A stretch of 62,428 nt of DNA, counting the filler. It is 4 parts of 4 records of this genome, joined end to end, with 100 filler letters (N's around TTAATTAATTAA, not from the genome) between each part and the next. Parts side by side here need not be neighbours in the genome. Positions count along the whole stretch, not along the records: positions 22,080 to 43,209 come from SRR22947727_6045; 3 more parts are not named here. One strand, 5' to 3'. Both the position numbers and the translations under genes were made by a program. Within the stretch, counting starts at the first letter, position 1; the number at the start of each line of letters is the position of its first letter. A model generated the notes under the pieces. The model was given only the letters and a program-made list of their open reading frames with translations. It ran no database searches and was not told where the DNA came from. This document shows positions 29,515-39,366 of the stretch, piece by piece.

Positions 29515-30561
29515 ATGGGGATGTTTATCCTACGCAGAACAGGTGTTATGCTGCTAACCGCTCTCTGCCTGACATTCATTGTATTTATCCTAACGACACT
29601 TTACCCAAACTTGGAAAAATTGGCCAAGAACCAAGGTAATTTCAGAATGTCGGATGCTGAAGTGGCCAGCTATTTGGGCAACCGTGGCTATACACAGGGC
29701 AAATTGCAAAACTATGGTGAATGGCTGGGTGTTTTGCCGGGCTATGTCATTGAAGGTGTGGATGGGAAAACCCGCGGCCGCTGTTCAAACCACGGCGTGG
29801 TTGAGCCGGATGCACCGAAGTTTTGCGGCGTTTTGCAAGGCAATTGGGGATTTTCCAGCGTGTTTAAGGAACCCGTCAGTGATGTGGTCAAAACCCGTCT
29901 GGCGCTTACAGGTAAATTGATGTTTTGGGTGATGATCGTGATGATTCCCGGTGCGCTGATCATCGGCGTTTTCGCCGGTATGCGCGAGGGCTCGCGGCTG
30001 GACCGCTCACTCTCAACCGGAGCGATTGTCACCACGGCCACGCCCGAATATGTCTCTGGTGTTATTTTCATCGCGATTTTCACGTCCTCTGCCGTGGGAT
30101 TGAAGTGGTTTAAGGGCTCGGCCACCTCTGCCATGGACAATGCCACATTGGAAAATTTTCTTCTGCCCGTGCTGACCATTGCGCTTTATGGTATGGGCTA
30201 TATTGCCCGCATGACCCGCGCCTCCATGACAGAAGTCATGACCGCCCAATATATCCGCACCGCCCGGCTCAAAGGGGTTAGCTTTGCCAATATCGTGCTG
30301 AAGCATGCGCTGCGCAATGCATTGATTGCACCCTTCACCGTCATCATGCTGCAAATTCCTTGGCTCCTGAATGGCGTGGTGATTGTGGAAACCCTTTTCA
30401 ACTTCAAAGGCTTTGGATGGGTGCTGGTGCAAGCCGCCAGCAACAATGACATTGATCTGCTTTTGGCGGTGGCGGTTGTTGGGGTGATTGTCGTGCTTTT
30501 GACACAGCTGATTTCTGATATCGGTTACGTCTTCTTAAACCCTCGTATTCGCATTTCTTAA
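29515..30561 (+). CDS. ABC permease, DppB-like
   Basis: YIRTARLKG...KHALRNAL EAA loop; VETLF; LNPRI C-terminus. Confidence 0.92.
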   Translation: MGMFILRRTGVMLLTALCLTFIVFILTTLYPNLEKLAKNQGNFRMSDAEVASYLGNRGYTQGKLQNYGEWLGVLPGYVIEGVDGKTRGRCSNHGVVEPDAPKFCGVLQGNWGFSSVFKEPVSDVVKTRLALTGKLMFWVMIVMIPGALIIGVFAGMREGSRLDRSLSTGAIVTTATPEYVSGVIFIAIFTSSAVGLKWFKGSATSAMDNATLENFLLPVLTIALYGMGYIARMTRASMTEVMTAQYIRTARLKGVSFANIVLKHALRNALIAPFTVIMLQIPWLLNGVVIVETLFNFKGFGWVLVQAASNNDIDLLLAVAVVGVIVVLLTQLISDIGYVFLNPRIRIS

Positions 30562-30574
30562 GGAGACCAGTTCC

Positions 30575-32176
30575 ATGCAACATCTATCCTGGACCGGCAC
30601 CTTGGGTGCGTATCTTAATCCCCTATTTTTGACAGCCCTCGTCTGTTTTCTGACCTTGGCTGTTGCTGCCATCGCGCGCGGCTTTTCCCCACGCGCGGAC
30701 GGGCCGCATTTGATCAACCCCACCCCTCCCTCAGTCTCCTTGATGGGACCGAGTTTGGTGATTGGGCTGGCGCTTTGGCTGTTAAGCCTGTCGGGCGTCG
30801 CCCTGCTCGCCCCTCTGGCCTTGGGGAATATATGGCTCTCGTTGATCCTATGCCTTATTCTGGGCGCTGCGGCGGGCTTTGCTTTGTTTCAAATTTCTGC
30901 AGAGATGATCTTCAAATTGGTCTGGTTGGCCTTTCACGTCACCCTGCTGTTGTTTGGCCTTTATTTGGTCATCGGTCTGTTCGTAAAGCCCGAAACCATG
31001 GGCATTGTTGGGGCAATCTCTCAACGCCTCATTCCCACCTGGATCGCTCTTGCGGTAACCTTTGCCCTGTCGATCCTCTTCAAGCGCAAGCTGGGCCTAT
31101 ATGGCAAACTCTTTGACAGCCCAATCGGGATGATTGGATTGGGGCTGGTGTTGTTTTGGATTTTCACAGCGATATTCGGCGCGGGCTTCGATTGGATTGC
31201 GACCCATGATCCTTTGGCGCAAGTCTCTGGCATGAAGAACAAGCACCCCGGAATTCCGCTGCAGGGCGCAACCGAGGCGGATTACCCCTATTATCTGCTC
31301 GGCGGTGACACTTTGGCGCGCGACGTGTTTAGCCGCGCCATCTTTGGCAGCGGTATTGTGATCGTCATCGCGCCAGCGGCCACCATCTTTGCCTTTATGG
31401 TCGGCATTACACTCGGCCTGCCTGCCGGCTACTTTGGCGGGCGTTTGGACACCGTGTTGAGCTTCCTGTCCAACCTGGTTTTGGCCTTCCCTGTGATCTT
31501 GCTATTCTTCTTGCTGGTCACGCCCGAGATCGTTCAAACCGGCCTGCCCAATTACCTGGCGGTGATCCTCTTCGTCTTTCCTGTGGTGTTCATCGCCGTG
31601 GCGCAATATTCGAAGAACCGGCTCAAACCGGGATTTTTGACCCTGCAATTCCCAATCCTGCTGATCATTGGCGTTTGGCTCTACCTCAGCTTGGTGTCTG
31701 AAACCGGCAAGCCCGTTGACGTTCTGCCGCCCATGTTGGATTTATTTGATGTGCCCGCCGAAATCCTGCTGGTCTTTGTTTCCGTGGTCTTTGTGAATTC
31801 CCCCACAGCCTTCCGGATTGTGCGCGGTTTGACCTTGGACGTGAAAACCCGCGACTATGTGGCCGCAGCTCAAACCCGCGGTGAAGGCCCTTGGTACATT
31901 ATGCTGTGGGAAATTCTTCCCAATGTGCGCGGTCCGCTGATCGTCGACTTCTGCCTGCGCATTGGATATGCGACCATCCTGCTCGGCACTTTGGGATTCT
32001 TCGGCCTTGGGCTGGAATCGGAAAGCCCTGACTGGGGAACGACGATCAACGCCGGGCGTAAATTGCTCTCGGTCTATCTGGCCCCGCCCCTGGTTCCAGC
32101 CTTTTCGCTTATGAGCTTGGTTTTAGGTTTGAACCTTCTGGCCGATGGCCTGCGTGAAGAAAGCTTGAGGGATTAA
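30575..32176 (+). CDS. ABC permease, DppC-like, with a long N-terminal membrane extension
   Basis: LLGGDTLARDVFSR; DYVAAAQTRGE...EILPN; LGFFGLG; PDWG; NLLADGLRE. Confidence 0.9.
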   Translation: MQHLSWTGTLGAYLNPLFLTALVCFLTLAVAAIARGFSPRADGPHLINPTPPSVSLMGPSLVIGLALWLLSLSGVALLAPLALGNIWLSLILCLILGAAAGFALFQISAEMIFKLVWLAFHVTLLLFGLYLVIGLFVKPETMGIVGAISQRLIPTWIALAVTFALSILFKRKLGLYGKLFDSPIGMIGLGLVLFWIFTAIFGAGFDWIATHDPLAQVSGMKNKHPGIPLQGATEADYPYYLLGGDTLARDVFSRAIFGSGIVIVIAPAATIFAFMVGITLGLPAGYFGGRLDTVLSFLSNLVLAFPVILLFFLLVTPEIVQTGLPNYLAVILFVFPVVFIAVAQYSKNRLKPGFLTLQFPILLIIGVWLYLSLVSETGKPVDVLPPMLDLFDVPAEILLVFVSVVFVNSPTAFRIVRGLTLDVKTRDYVAAAQTRGEGPWYIMLWEILPNVRGPLIVDFCLRIGYATILLGTLGFFGLGLESESPDWGTTINAGRKLLSVYLAPPLVPAFSLMSLVLGLNLLADGLREESLRD

Positions 32177-32180
32177 TTCA

Positions 32181-34265
32181 ATGGAAAAGCAAGACTATAA
32201 CGGCCCAATCCTTGAAATTGATCAACTCTCGATTTCATTTTTCACCCGGCTAAATGAAATTCCAGCGGTCATGGATTTCAGCTGCACGATCCAACCCGGC
32301 GAAGCGATGGGATTGGTTGGCGAATCTGGATGCGGTAAATCCACAGTGGCCCTTGGGGTCATGCAAGACCTCGGGGTCAACGGCCGCATTGTTGGCGGAT
32401 CCATCAAATTTAAAGGGCGCGACCTTAATCTCATGTCCGACGAGGAGCTGCGGGATATTCGCGGCTCCGAAATTGCGATGATCTACCAAGAACCCATGGC
32501 GTCGCTCAATCCGGCCATGAAAATTGGTAAGCAATTGATGGAAGTGCCGATGATCCATGAGGGGATCAGCAAAGAGGCCGCCTATGCGCGGGCTTTGGAA
32601 GTGGTTACGGATGTGAAATTGCCAGATCCCGAGCGCATCTTGAAATCCTTCCCCCACCAATTGTCCGGTGGCCAACAGCAGCGCATCGTTATTGCGATGG
32701 CGCTTATGTCCAAGCCGAGCCTTTTGATCCTCGATGAGCCGACCACAGCTTTGGATGTGACCGTGGAGGCCGCCGTTGTGGAATTGGTGAAGGATTTGGG
32801 AAAAAAATACGGCACTTCGATGTTGTTCATTTCGCACAATCTTGGCTTGGTTTTGGAAACCTGCGACCGGATCTGCGTGATGTATTCCGGCGAGGCGGTT
32901 GAGACCGGCCGTATTGAAGATGTGTTCGACAAAATGCAGCACCCCTATACGCAGGCCTTGTTCCGTTCGATCCCACTGCCAGGCGCAGATAAGAACGATC
33001 GCCCGCTGATTGCCATTCCCGGCAATTTTCCACTGCCGTATGAGCGGCCGAATGGCTGTAACTTTGGGCCCCGCTGCGATTATTTTGAGGCGGGCCGCTG
33101 TGACCAGGGCCATATCTCAATGGACACGGTGCCCCATGGGGAGCGACACGGATCTCGCTGCCTACGCTGGAGCGAGATTGATTGGGACGCCCCGCTTGAG
33201 TTGGCGGAAACCAAAACCAAAGCTGAGCCGGGCCGAGTGGTTCTCAAAATTGAAGAACTCAAAAAATATTATGAGGTGGCGGCCAATGCCCTCTTTGGAG
33301 GTGGCAACAAAAAGGTTGTGAAAGCCAATGAGACCTTAAGTTTCGAGGCCCGCGAATCCGAAACACTCGCCATTGTTGGCGAATCGGGCTGTGGCAAGTC
33401 GACCTTTGCCAAAGTTCTGATGGGCCTAGAGACGGCGACGGAGGGACATATCCTTTTGGAAGGCAAGAACATCGAAGGTATCGCCATTGAAGATCGCGAC
33501 ACAAAGACGGTGTCCGATGTCCAGATGGTCTTTCAAAACCCCTTTGATACATTGAACCCCTCTATGACGGTCGGCAGCCAGATTGTCCGCGCCTTGGAAT
33601 TGTTCAAAATTGGTGAGAATGCGGCCGATCGCCAAGACCGGATGCTGGAGCTTCTGGATTTGGTCAAACTGCCCCGCGAATTTGCTGACCGCATGCCGCG
33701 GCAACTTTCAGGCGGGCAAAAGCAACGGGTGGGCATTGCCCGCGCCTTTGCAGGCGATGCGAAGATCGTTGTGGCCGATGAGCCCGTGTCAGCGCTCGAT
33801 GTCTCCGTCCAAGCGGCAGTGACCGATTTGCTCATGGATATCCAACGCGAGCAAAAGACGACCTTGCTGTTTATCAGCCATGATCTGTCCATCGTGCGCT
33901 ATCTGTCGGATCGGGTTTTGGTCATGTATCTTGGGCATGTGGTTGAAATGGGTACAACGGAGCAAGTGTTCCAACCGCCCTATCACCCCTATACCGAAGC
34001 GCTGCTCAGCGCGGTGCCAATCGCCGATACCTCAATTGAGAAAAAGCATATCGTTCTTGAGGGCGACATTCCATCAGCGATGAACCCTCCATCAGGCTGT
34101 CCGTTCCAAACCCGTTGCGGGTGGAAATCGGAAGTTCTTGGTGGTCTATGTGAAACCGAGGTGCCCAGCATCCGAAAATTGGCCGGGGGCCATCAGATCA
34201 AATGCCATCTGGCCGATGATATTTTGGCAAAAATGGACGCGGTCATCAAAATCGCAGCCGAATAA
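32181..34265 (+). CDS. ABC ATPase, fused DppD-DppF
   Basis: Two GESGCGKS Walker A motifs; two LSGGQ signatures; two Cys-rich oligopeptide-ABC C-terminal motifs. Confidence 0.95.
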   Translation: MEKQDYNGPILEIDQLSISFFTRLNEIPAVMDFSCTIQPGEAMGLVGESGCGKSTVALGVMQDLGVNGRIVGGSIKFKGRDLNLMSDEELRDIRGSEIAMIYQEPMASLNPAMKIGKQLMEVPMIHEGISKEAAYARALEVVTDVKLPDPERILKSFPHQLSGGQQQRIVIAMALMSKPSLLILDEPTTALDVTVEAAVVELVKDLGKKYGTSMLFISHNLGLVLETCDRICVMYSGEAVETGRIEDVFDKMQHPYTQALFRSIPLPGADKNDRPLIAIPGNFPLPYERPNGCNFGPRCDYFEAGRCDQGHISMDTVPHGERHGSRCLRWSEIDWDAPLELAETKTKAEPGRVVLKIEELKKYYEVAANALFGGGNKKVVKANETLSFEARESETLAIVGESGCGKSTFAKVLMGLETATEGHILLEGKNIEGIAIEDRDTKTVSDVQMVFQNPFDTLNPSMTVGSQIVRALELFKIGENAADRQDRMLELLDLVKLPREFADRMPRQLSGGQKQRVGIARAFAGDAKIVVADEPVSALDVSVQAAVTDLLMDIQREQKTTLLFISHDLSIVRYLSDRVLVMYLGHVVEMGTTEQVFQPPYHPYTEALLSAVPIADTSIEKKHIVLEGDIPSAMNPPSGCPFQTRCGWKSEVLGGLCETEVPSIRKLAGGHQIKCHLADDILAKMDAVIKIAAE

Positions 34266-34277
34266 CCGTTCAAGCAC

Positions 34278-34308
34278 GCGCATAGCCCGCATCATTGGGG
34301 CTATGCGC
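34278..34308 (+). terminator. Hairpin after the ABC operon
   Basis: GCGCATAGCCC/GGGCTATGCGC 11-bp inverted repeat. Confidence 0.65.
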
Positions 34309-34490
34309 TTCATTTTGGGTGCCGCCACGCAAAGAAAACTCATCCTCATCCCTTTCGATGGTTGCACCGCAGGGCAGTTCCAGAGATATATAGCGCAACG
34401 GAGCCGTGTCAGGCAGGCAGGGCTTACTTGATTAAACTTAACTCAAATTTAGCATAAATGCTGGATTGATAGAGAAACAACCTGGGGGCA

Positions 34491-35009
34491 ATGGCTATGG
34501 CCGGATCAGTAAATAAAGTGATTATCATCGGAAACTTGGGACAAGATCCTGAAGTGCGCAGCTTTCCAAGCGGCGGAAAAGTTTGTAACTTTTCGGTCGC
34601 GACCTCCGAAAATTGGAAGGATCGCAACACTGGGGAGCGCCGTGAGAAAACCGAATGGCATCGTGTCTCCATCACCTCAGAACCTCTGGTGCGCGTGGCA
34701 GAACAATATTTGCGCAAGGGATCAAAAGTTTACCTTGAGGGACAGTTAGAAACCCGTAAATGGCAAGATCAATCCGGTCAGGACCGCTACACAACTGAAG
34801 TGGTGCTGCGCCCCTACCGTTCAGAATTGACCATGCTCGACAGCCGCGGTGAAGGCGGCGGTGGCGGCCAAGGTGGTGGGTATGTCTCCAATCAAGACGG
34901 CGGTGGCCAGGGCGGTTACATGGCCGATCCGAACCAGGGCGGCAATCAAGCGGGCGGCTATAGCAGCCCCGCGCCCTCAGCCGATCTCGACGACGAAATC
35001 CCATTTTAA
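34491..35009 (+). CDS. ssb: Single-stranded DNA-binding protein
   Basis: [22 protein letters not shown]; Gly-rich tail ending DLDDEIPF. Confidence 0.98.
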   Translation: MAMAGSVNKVIIIGNLGQDPEVRSFPSGGKVCNFSVATSENWKDRNTGERREKTEWHRVSITSEPLVRVAEQYLRKGSKVYLEGQLETRKWQDQSGQDRYTTEVVLRPYRSELTMLDSRGEGGGGGQGGGYVSNQDGGGQGGYMADPNQGGNQAGGYSSPAPSADLDDEIPF

Positions 35010-35072
35010 ACCACACCCCAGCGCAGAAAGCTCTCCGCGCTGGGATCATTACCCAAGCGATTAAACGCGAAC

Positions 35073-36191
35073 CTATACGGACAGCGGGCCCATCGAGGCC
35101 TCCAGCACAGATAATACGACCTCCTCAGAAACATCCGAGGTGACAAACGCCCGCCCGATGGCGCGCGCCATGATAAAATTCAATTGGCCCGCAATCACCT
35201 TTTTGTCCTGCCCCATGAGCGCAAACAGAGCCGCAGGCGTGGGCATTAAACCCTCGATATCGGAAATATCGGTTTTCATCCCCATGGCCTTTAAATGCGC
35301 CCGCACCCGTGACGGTGCCTCTTGGGCACACAGCCCCAAACGGGCGGAGGTCTCAAAAGCCACAGCGCAGCCAATGGCCACGCCTTCCCCATGCAGCAGG
35401 CGATCAGAATACCCCGTGGCCGCTTCCAGCGCGTGGCAAAACGTATGCCCAAGATTGAGCAAGGCGCGATCCCCCTGCTCTGTCTCATCGCGCACCACAA
35501 TCTGCGCTTTCATCTGGCAAGACACCCGTACCGCCTCACTGCGCGCCGCGTGATCACCAGCGGCCAGAGCGGCTCCGTTCTGCTCCAGCCACTCAAAAAA
35601 TGGCTCATTACCGAGCAACCCGTATTTCACAACCTCACCATAACCGGCCAAAAAATCCCGAGGGGTCAACGTGTCTAGAACATCTATATCGGCCAAAACG
35701 AGACTGGGCTGATGAAAGGCCCCGATGAGGTTTTTACCCTGAGTGGCATTTATCCCAGTCTTTCCACCGACCGAGCTGTCCACCTGCGCGAGCAGGCTGG
35801 TTGGAATTTGAACAAAACGCACACCGCGGCGTAAAATGGCAGCGGCAAAACCCACCAAATCTCCTATCACACCGCCCCCCAGGGCGACGACAACGTCCCG
35901 CCGCTCCACTTTCTCATTCAAAAAGAAATCGATCGTCTGGCTCAAATATGGCCAGCTTTTCGTCGCCTCGCCTGCGGGCAGAACCAGGGACGCATGCGCA
36001 ATGCCCGCGCCCTGCAAGGCCTCCGTCAACCGGCGCAAATGTAGCGGGGCGACGTTCCTATCTGTGACAATAGCCACTTTGGCCCGCTGCAAAATAGGTC
36101 CAATCAGGCCGCCTGCTTGATCCAAAAGACCGCGGCCAATGTGAATATCATAAGCCCGATCTCCCAAAGGGACGTGAACCACCTGCGTCAT
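35073..36191 (-). CDS. aroB: 3-dehydroquinate synthase
   Basis: GEATKS; ALGGGVIGDL; QVDSSVGGKTG; LNLGHTFCHA; LHGE. Confidence 0.97.
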   Translation of the reverse strand: MTQVVHVPLGDRAYDIHIGRGLLDQAGGLIGPILQRAKVAIVTDRNVAPLHLRRLTEALQGAGIAHASLVLPAGEATKSWPYLSQTIDFFLNEKVERRDVVVALGGGVIGDLVGFAAAILRRGVRFVQIPTSLLAQVDSSVGGKTGINATQGKNLIGAFHQPSLVLADIDVLDTLTPRDFLAGYGEVVKYGLLGNEPFFEWLEQNGAALAAGDHAARSEAVRVSCQMKAQIVVRDETEQGDRALLNLGHTFCHALEAATGYSDRLLHGEGVAIGCAVAFETSARLGLCAQEAPSRVRAHLKAMGMKTDISDIEGLMPTPAALFALMGQDKKVIAGQLNFIMARAIGRAFVTSDVSEEVVLSVLEASMGPLSV

Positions 36192-36739
36192 GACTTCTCT
36201 CCTGATGGGCTGAATACTCCAGGCTGCGCGCGCAATGCGGCAATCACCTGCTCAGTCGTTTGGGCTATGGAGTAATTGGGATGGGATTGGACGGTGACAT
36301 CGGCCAGCGCATATTGATCTTTGCGACCTTCAAATATGCGGATCAATGTCGCCTTGGGATCTGCGGTTTTGAGCAAAGGGCGGGTATCCTTGCTGCGGAC
36401 CCGCTCCCAGAGCAAGTCCAAATCAGCGCTCAGAAATACCGATATGCCAAGTTTCGAAATCAACGCGCGATTGTTGCCAAACATGAATGCGCCACCACCC
36501 GTCGACAAGACGCAGGGCGGGCCTTGCAGCAGCCGCTCCAACACTTTCGATTCGACCGAACGGAAAAAAGGCTCCCCATCTCGCTCAAAAATTTCCGCAA
36601 TGGAGCGATTGGCGGCCAGAGATATCTCCTGATCCGAATCTTTGAATGCAACATGCAGCTCCGCCGCCAGTGCTTTTCCTACGGCAGTTTTCCCAGATCC
36701 CATCATCCCGACCAGAACGACTGTTTTGTTGAGCGACAT
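36188..36739 (-). CDS. aroK: Shikimate kinase
   Basis: GMMGSGKT; GEPFFR; STGGG; RPLL; start at ATG 36739. Confidence 0.95.
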   Translation of the reverse strand: MSLNKTVVLVGMMGSGKTAVGKALAAELHVAFKDSDQEISLAANRSIAEIFERDGEPFFRSVESKVLERLLQGPPCVLSTGGGAFMFGNNRALISKLGISVFLSADLDLLWERVRSKDTRPLLKTADPKATLIRIFEGRKDQYALADVTVQSHPNYSIAQTTEQVIAALRAQPGVFSPSGEKS

Positions 36740-36843
36740 CTGTCTTATTCCATGACTTAAGATTAACTTGCCTTGCGTCTTCAATGGCGCGATTGTTACA
36801 AAAAGACCATAAGCAAAACCGCGCCAAAGGAAAACTCTTCAAA

Positions 36844-36993
36844 ATGCTCAGATTGCTCAAATATATTTTCTACTTGTTCATAGTGGCTGCAATCGCATTC
36901 GTGGGTTTTGCCTATCTCGGGCCTTTTTTTGGTGTGGATTTTTCCGCTCATATGCAAGCTATTGAATTACCACTGACTTTGGATATCAACTGA
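36844..36993 (+). CDS. Small membrane protein (49 aa)
   Basis: MLRLLKYIFYLFIVAAIAFVGFAYLGP single TM; 1 nt before the next gene. Confidence 0.7.
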   Translation: MLRLLKYIFYLFIVAAIAFVGFAYLGPFFGVDFSAHMQAIELPLTLDIN

Positions 36994-36994
36994 T

Positions 36995-38449
36995 ATGAAG
37001 ATTGCGCACGTCTGTTTTGTCGGCCTGCTCATGGCGCCGCCGCTTTGGGCTCAAACCGATGCTCCAATATCAGCAATTGATTGGCTGTCGCAGCCCGGGC
37101 TTGCGCCGCTCAGCGAAGAACCTTTGGTGGTGGGCGATCCAACGCGTGGGGCGGAACTGACTGAGATTGATGTCATTGAACTGGATGCCCCTGTTGAGAA
37201 GACCTATGGGCTGATCCCGAGCAAGATTTCTGGCATCCATGAAAATTTTTGGACGGATCTTGACCCCCGAATGCTGCGGCAGATCCTTAATTCGGTGCCC
37301 CTGTCCGGGCTTCCCGCGGCTGACGATCTGTTGCTGCGCGCGCTCTTGGCTGAAACCTTGGGCGATGAGACGGTTTTGAACACGCGCGTTCAAGCGCTGA
37401 TCGAGCGCGGCGCGGTGCAGGCCGCCTATAGCCTTTTGGGACAGGCTCAGATCCAGTCGCAGGAAGGTTTTGCACTCTTTGCAGAGACGGCTCTTTTGAC
37501 GGGCAATGTGGAACGGATGTGCCGCCAGCTCAACCTGTCGCGGCATCTGTCAGACAACGAGGCCTTGAAAGTCTATTGTCAGGCCCGTGTCGGCTCATGG
37601 AGCACGGCGGAATTAAATTTCTTCACCCTCGACACACTCGGCGCCTTCCCGCCAACCCTCTCATCGCTCCTGGCCGTTGATTTAGATCCAGAGCTCGCTG
37701 ACAGTTTGGGATTGCCGAATGTGGAGCCGAACCAGTTGACCGCCTTAGAGTTCCAACTGCGCGCGGGCGTCGGCCAGCCGGTTCCAACTCAGGGCCTGCC
37801 TTTGAAATTTGTGCCCTCAGATTTGAGCCCCTCCAGCGGCTGGAAGACTCAGATTGAAGCCGCCGAACGTTTGGGCGCAGTCGGCAGCCTGCCCGCGGCG
37901 CAATTGCTTGAGCGTTATAAATCTGGCCAGCCATCGGCCTCGGGCGGTGTGTGGGATCGGGTGAATGCGGTTCAAAACCTAGATCTAACCCTGGCCGATC
38001 CGATTATTGACCCAAGCGACGAGCTGCTCGCATTTTGGACACTGATGCGGGCCCGCGGCCTTGCCGCCCCTTTGGCGCATGCTTGGTCACCGATGTTGAT
38101 GAAATTTGATGCCTCTGGCGATGGAGATGATATCCTCTTCCAAATGCAGGTCCTCAGCCGCTCAAATGCTTTCGACTTTGAACCAACAATGGCCCGTTTA
38201 CAGCGTATTAATCCGCATATATTGTCAGAAAATTATGATCGGCTTATGGCAGAGTTCAATCAAGAAATCCCGGCCAACCTGCCCTTCCGCTCGGCCAATA
38301 TGCTGCGCGCAACCGGATTGATCACGGATGGATTGGAGGGAAATGAGCTGGCTTTGATTGAGGCGGTGGCCCTTTTCCGTGCCATGGGGCTGACGCCACT
38401 GGCGCAACAATTGGCCTTGGAGTTCATGATCTTGGCCGATATGCGATGA
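36995..38449 (+). CDS. Hypothetical exported alpha-helical protein upstream of xerD
   Basis: 484 aa; signal peptide; PISAIDWLS and PSASGGVWDRV motifs; ATGA overlap with xerD. Confidence 0.8.
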   Translation: MKIAHVCFVGLLMAPPLWAQTDAPISAIDWLSQPGLAPLSEEPLVVGDPTRGAELTEIDVIELDAPVEKTYGLIPSKISGIHENFWTDLDPRMLRQILNSVPLSGLPAADDLLLRALLAETLGDETVLNTRVQALIERGAVQAAYSLLGQAQIQSQEGFALFAETALLTGNVERMCRQLNLSRHLSDNEALKVYCQARVGSWSTAELNFFTLDTLGAFPPTLSSLLAVDLDPELADSLGLPNVEPNQLTALEFQLRAGVGQPVPTQGLPLKFVPSDLSPSSGWKTQIEAAERLGAVGSLPAAQLLERYKSGQPSASGGVWDRVNAVQNLDLTLADPIIDPSDELLAFWTLMRARGLAAPLAHAWSPMLMKFDASGDGDDILFQMQVLSRSNAFDFEPTMARLQRINPHILSENYDRLMAEFNQEIPANLPFRSANMLRATGLITDGLEGNELALIEAVALFRAMGLTPLAQQLALEFMILADMR

Positions 38450-39366
38450 GCCTGTCATGGATTTCCCTTTTCCTTGAAGCGCAAGCGGCGGATTTCGGTG
38501 CCGCGCGCAATACGCAAGAGGCCTATGGCCGCGACCTGAAAGATTTTCTGGCCTATCTTGAGGCGCGTGGCGCGGAATTTGCGACAGCCACACGCCCAAT
38601 GGTCGAGGACTATCTGGTGCACTGCGAGGCCGCCGGTCTTGCCACCGCCACCAAAGCCCGGCGGCTCTCGGCAATCAAACAGCTCTACCGTTTCGCCTTT
38701 GAAGAGGAGCTGCGCAAAGACAACCCCGCCATTCAAGTCAGAGGACCAGGCAAGGACAAACATCTGCCAAAATATCTGGGTCATGATGAGGTCGACCAGC
38801 TGCTGCTGCAGGCAAGGAAGATGCCAGAAAAACGCCATGACAAGCTGCGGTTAACCTGTTTGATGGAACTTCTTTATGCAACGGGCATGCGGGTGACAGA
38901 ATTGGTCAGCCTGCCAGCCGAGGCGGTTCGCGGCAATCCGCAGATGATTTTGGTGCGCGGCAAAGGCGGCAAAGAGCGTATGGTGCCACTTTCCCCGGCA
39001 GCCCGCGAGGCGACACAAGTTTGGCTTACGCTGCGGGACTCCGACCCTGTGACGGAAAAATCCACCTTTCTCTTTCCCTCACGCGGGAAATTAGGCCATT
39101 TGACCCGCATTTGGTTTTTTCAGCAGATCAAGAAATTGGCGATTTGTGCTGGTATTGATCCGATCAACGTCACGCCGCATACTCTGAGACATGCGTTTGC
39201 CACCCATTTACTGGCTGGTGGCGCTGATTTAAGAGCTATTCAAACGCTTTTAGGCCATGCGGATATTGCGACAACAGAGATTTACACGCATATCCAAGAA
39301 GAACGGTTGCGCGAGCTGGTGTTGGAGCATCATCCCTTGGCACACCCCTTGAAAACAGGTCTGTGA
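38446..39366 (+). CDS. xerD: Tyrosine recombinase XerD
   Basis: LLYATGMRVTEL; GKGGKER; TPHTLRHAFATHLL; LLGHADIATTEIYTH; housekeeping context. Confidence 0.9.
   Translation: MSLSWISLFLEAQAADFGAARNTQEAYGRDLKDFLAYLEARGAEFATATRPMVEDYLVHCEAAGLATATKARRLSAIKQLYRFAFEEELRKDNPAIQVRGPGKDKHLPKYLGHDEVDQLLLQARKMPEKRHDKLRLTCLMELLYATGMRVTELVSLPAEAVRGNPQMILVRGKGGKERMVPLSPAAREATQVWLTLRDSDPVTEKSTFLFPSRGKLGHLTRIWFFQQIKKLAICAGIDPINVTPHTLRHAFATHLLAGGADLRAIQTLLGHADIATTEIYTHIQEERLRELVLEHHPLAHPLKTGL

Noticed and set aside
34850-34965. GGC-rich repeats in ssb
   Set aside because: Ordinary Gly-rich SSB linker
38446-39366. Tyrosine recombinase as a phage or island integrase
   Set aside because: XerD-type size and motifs, embedded by overlaps in a housekeeping operon, no att repeats or cargo
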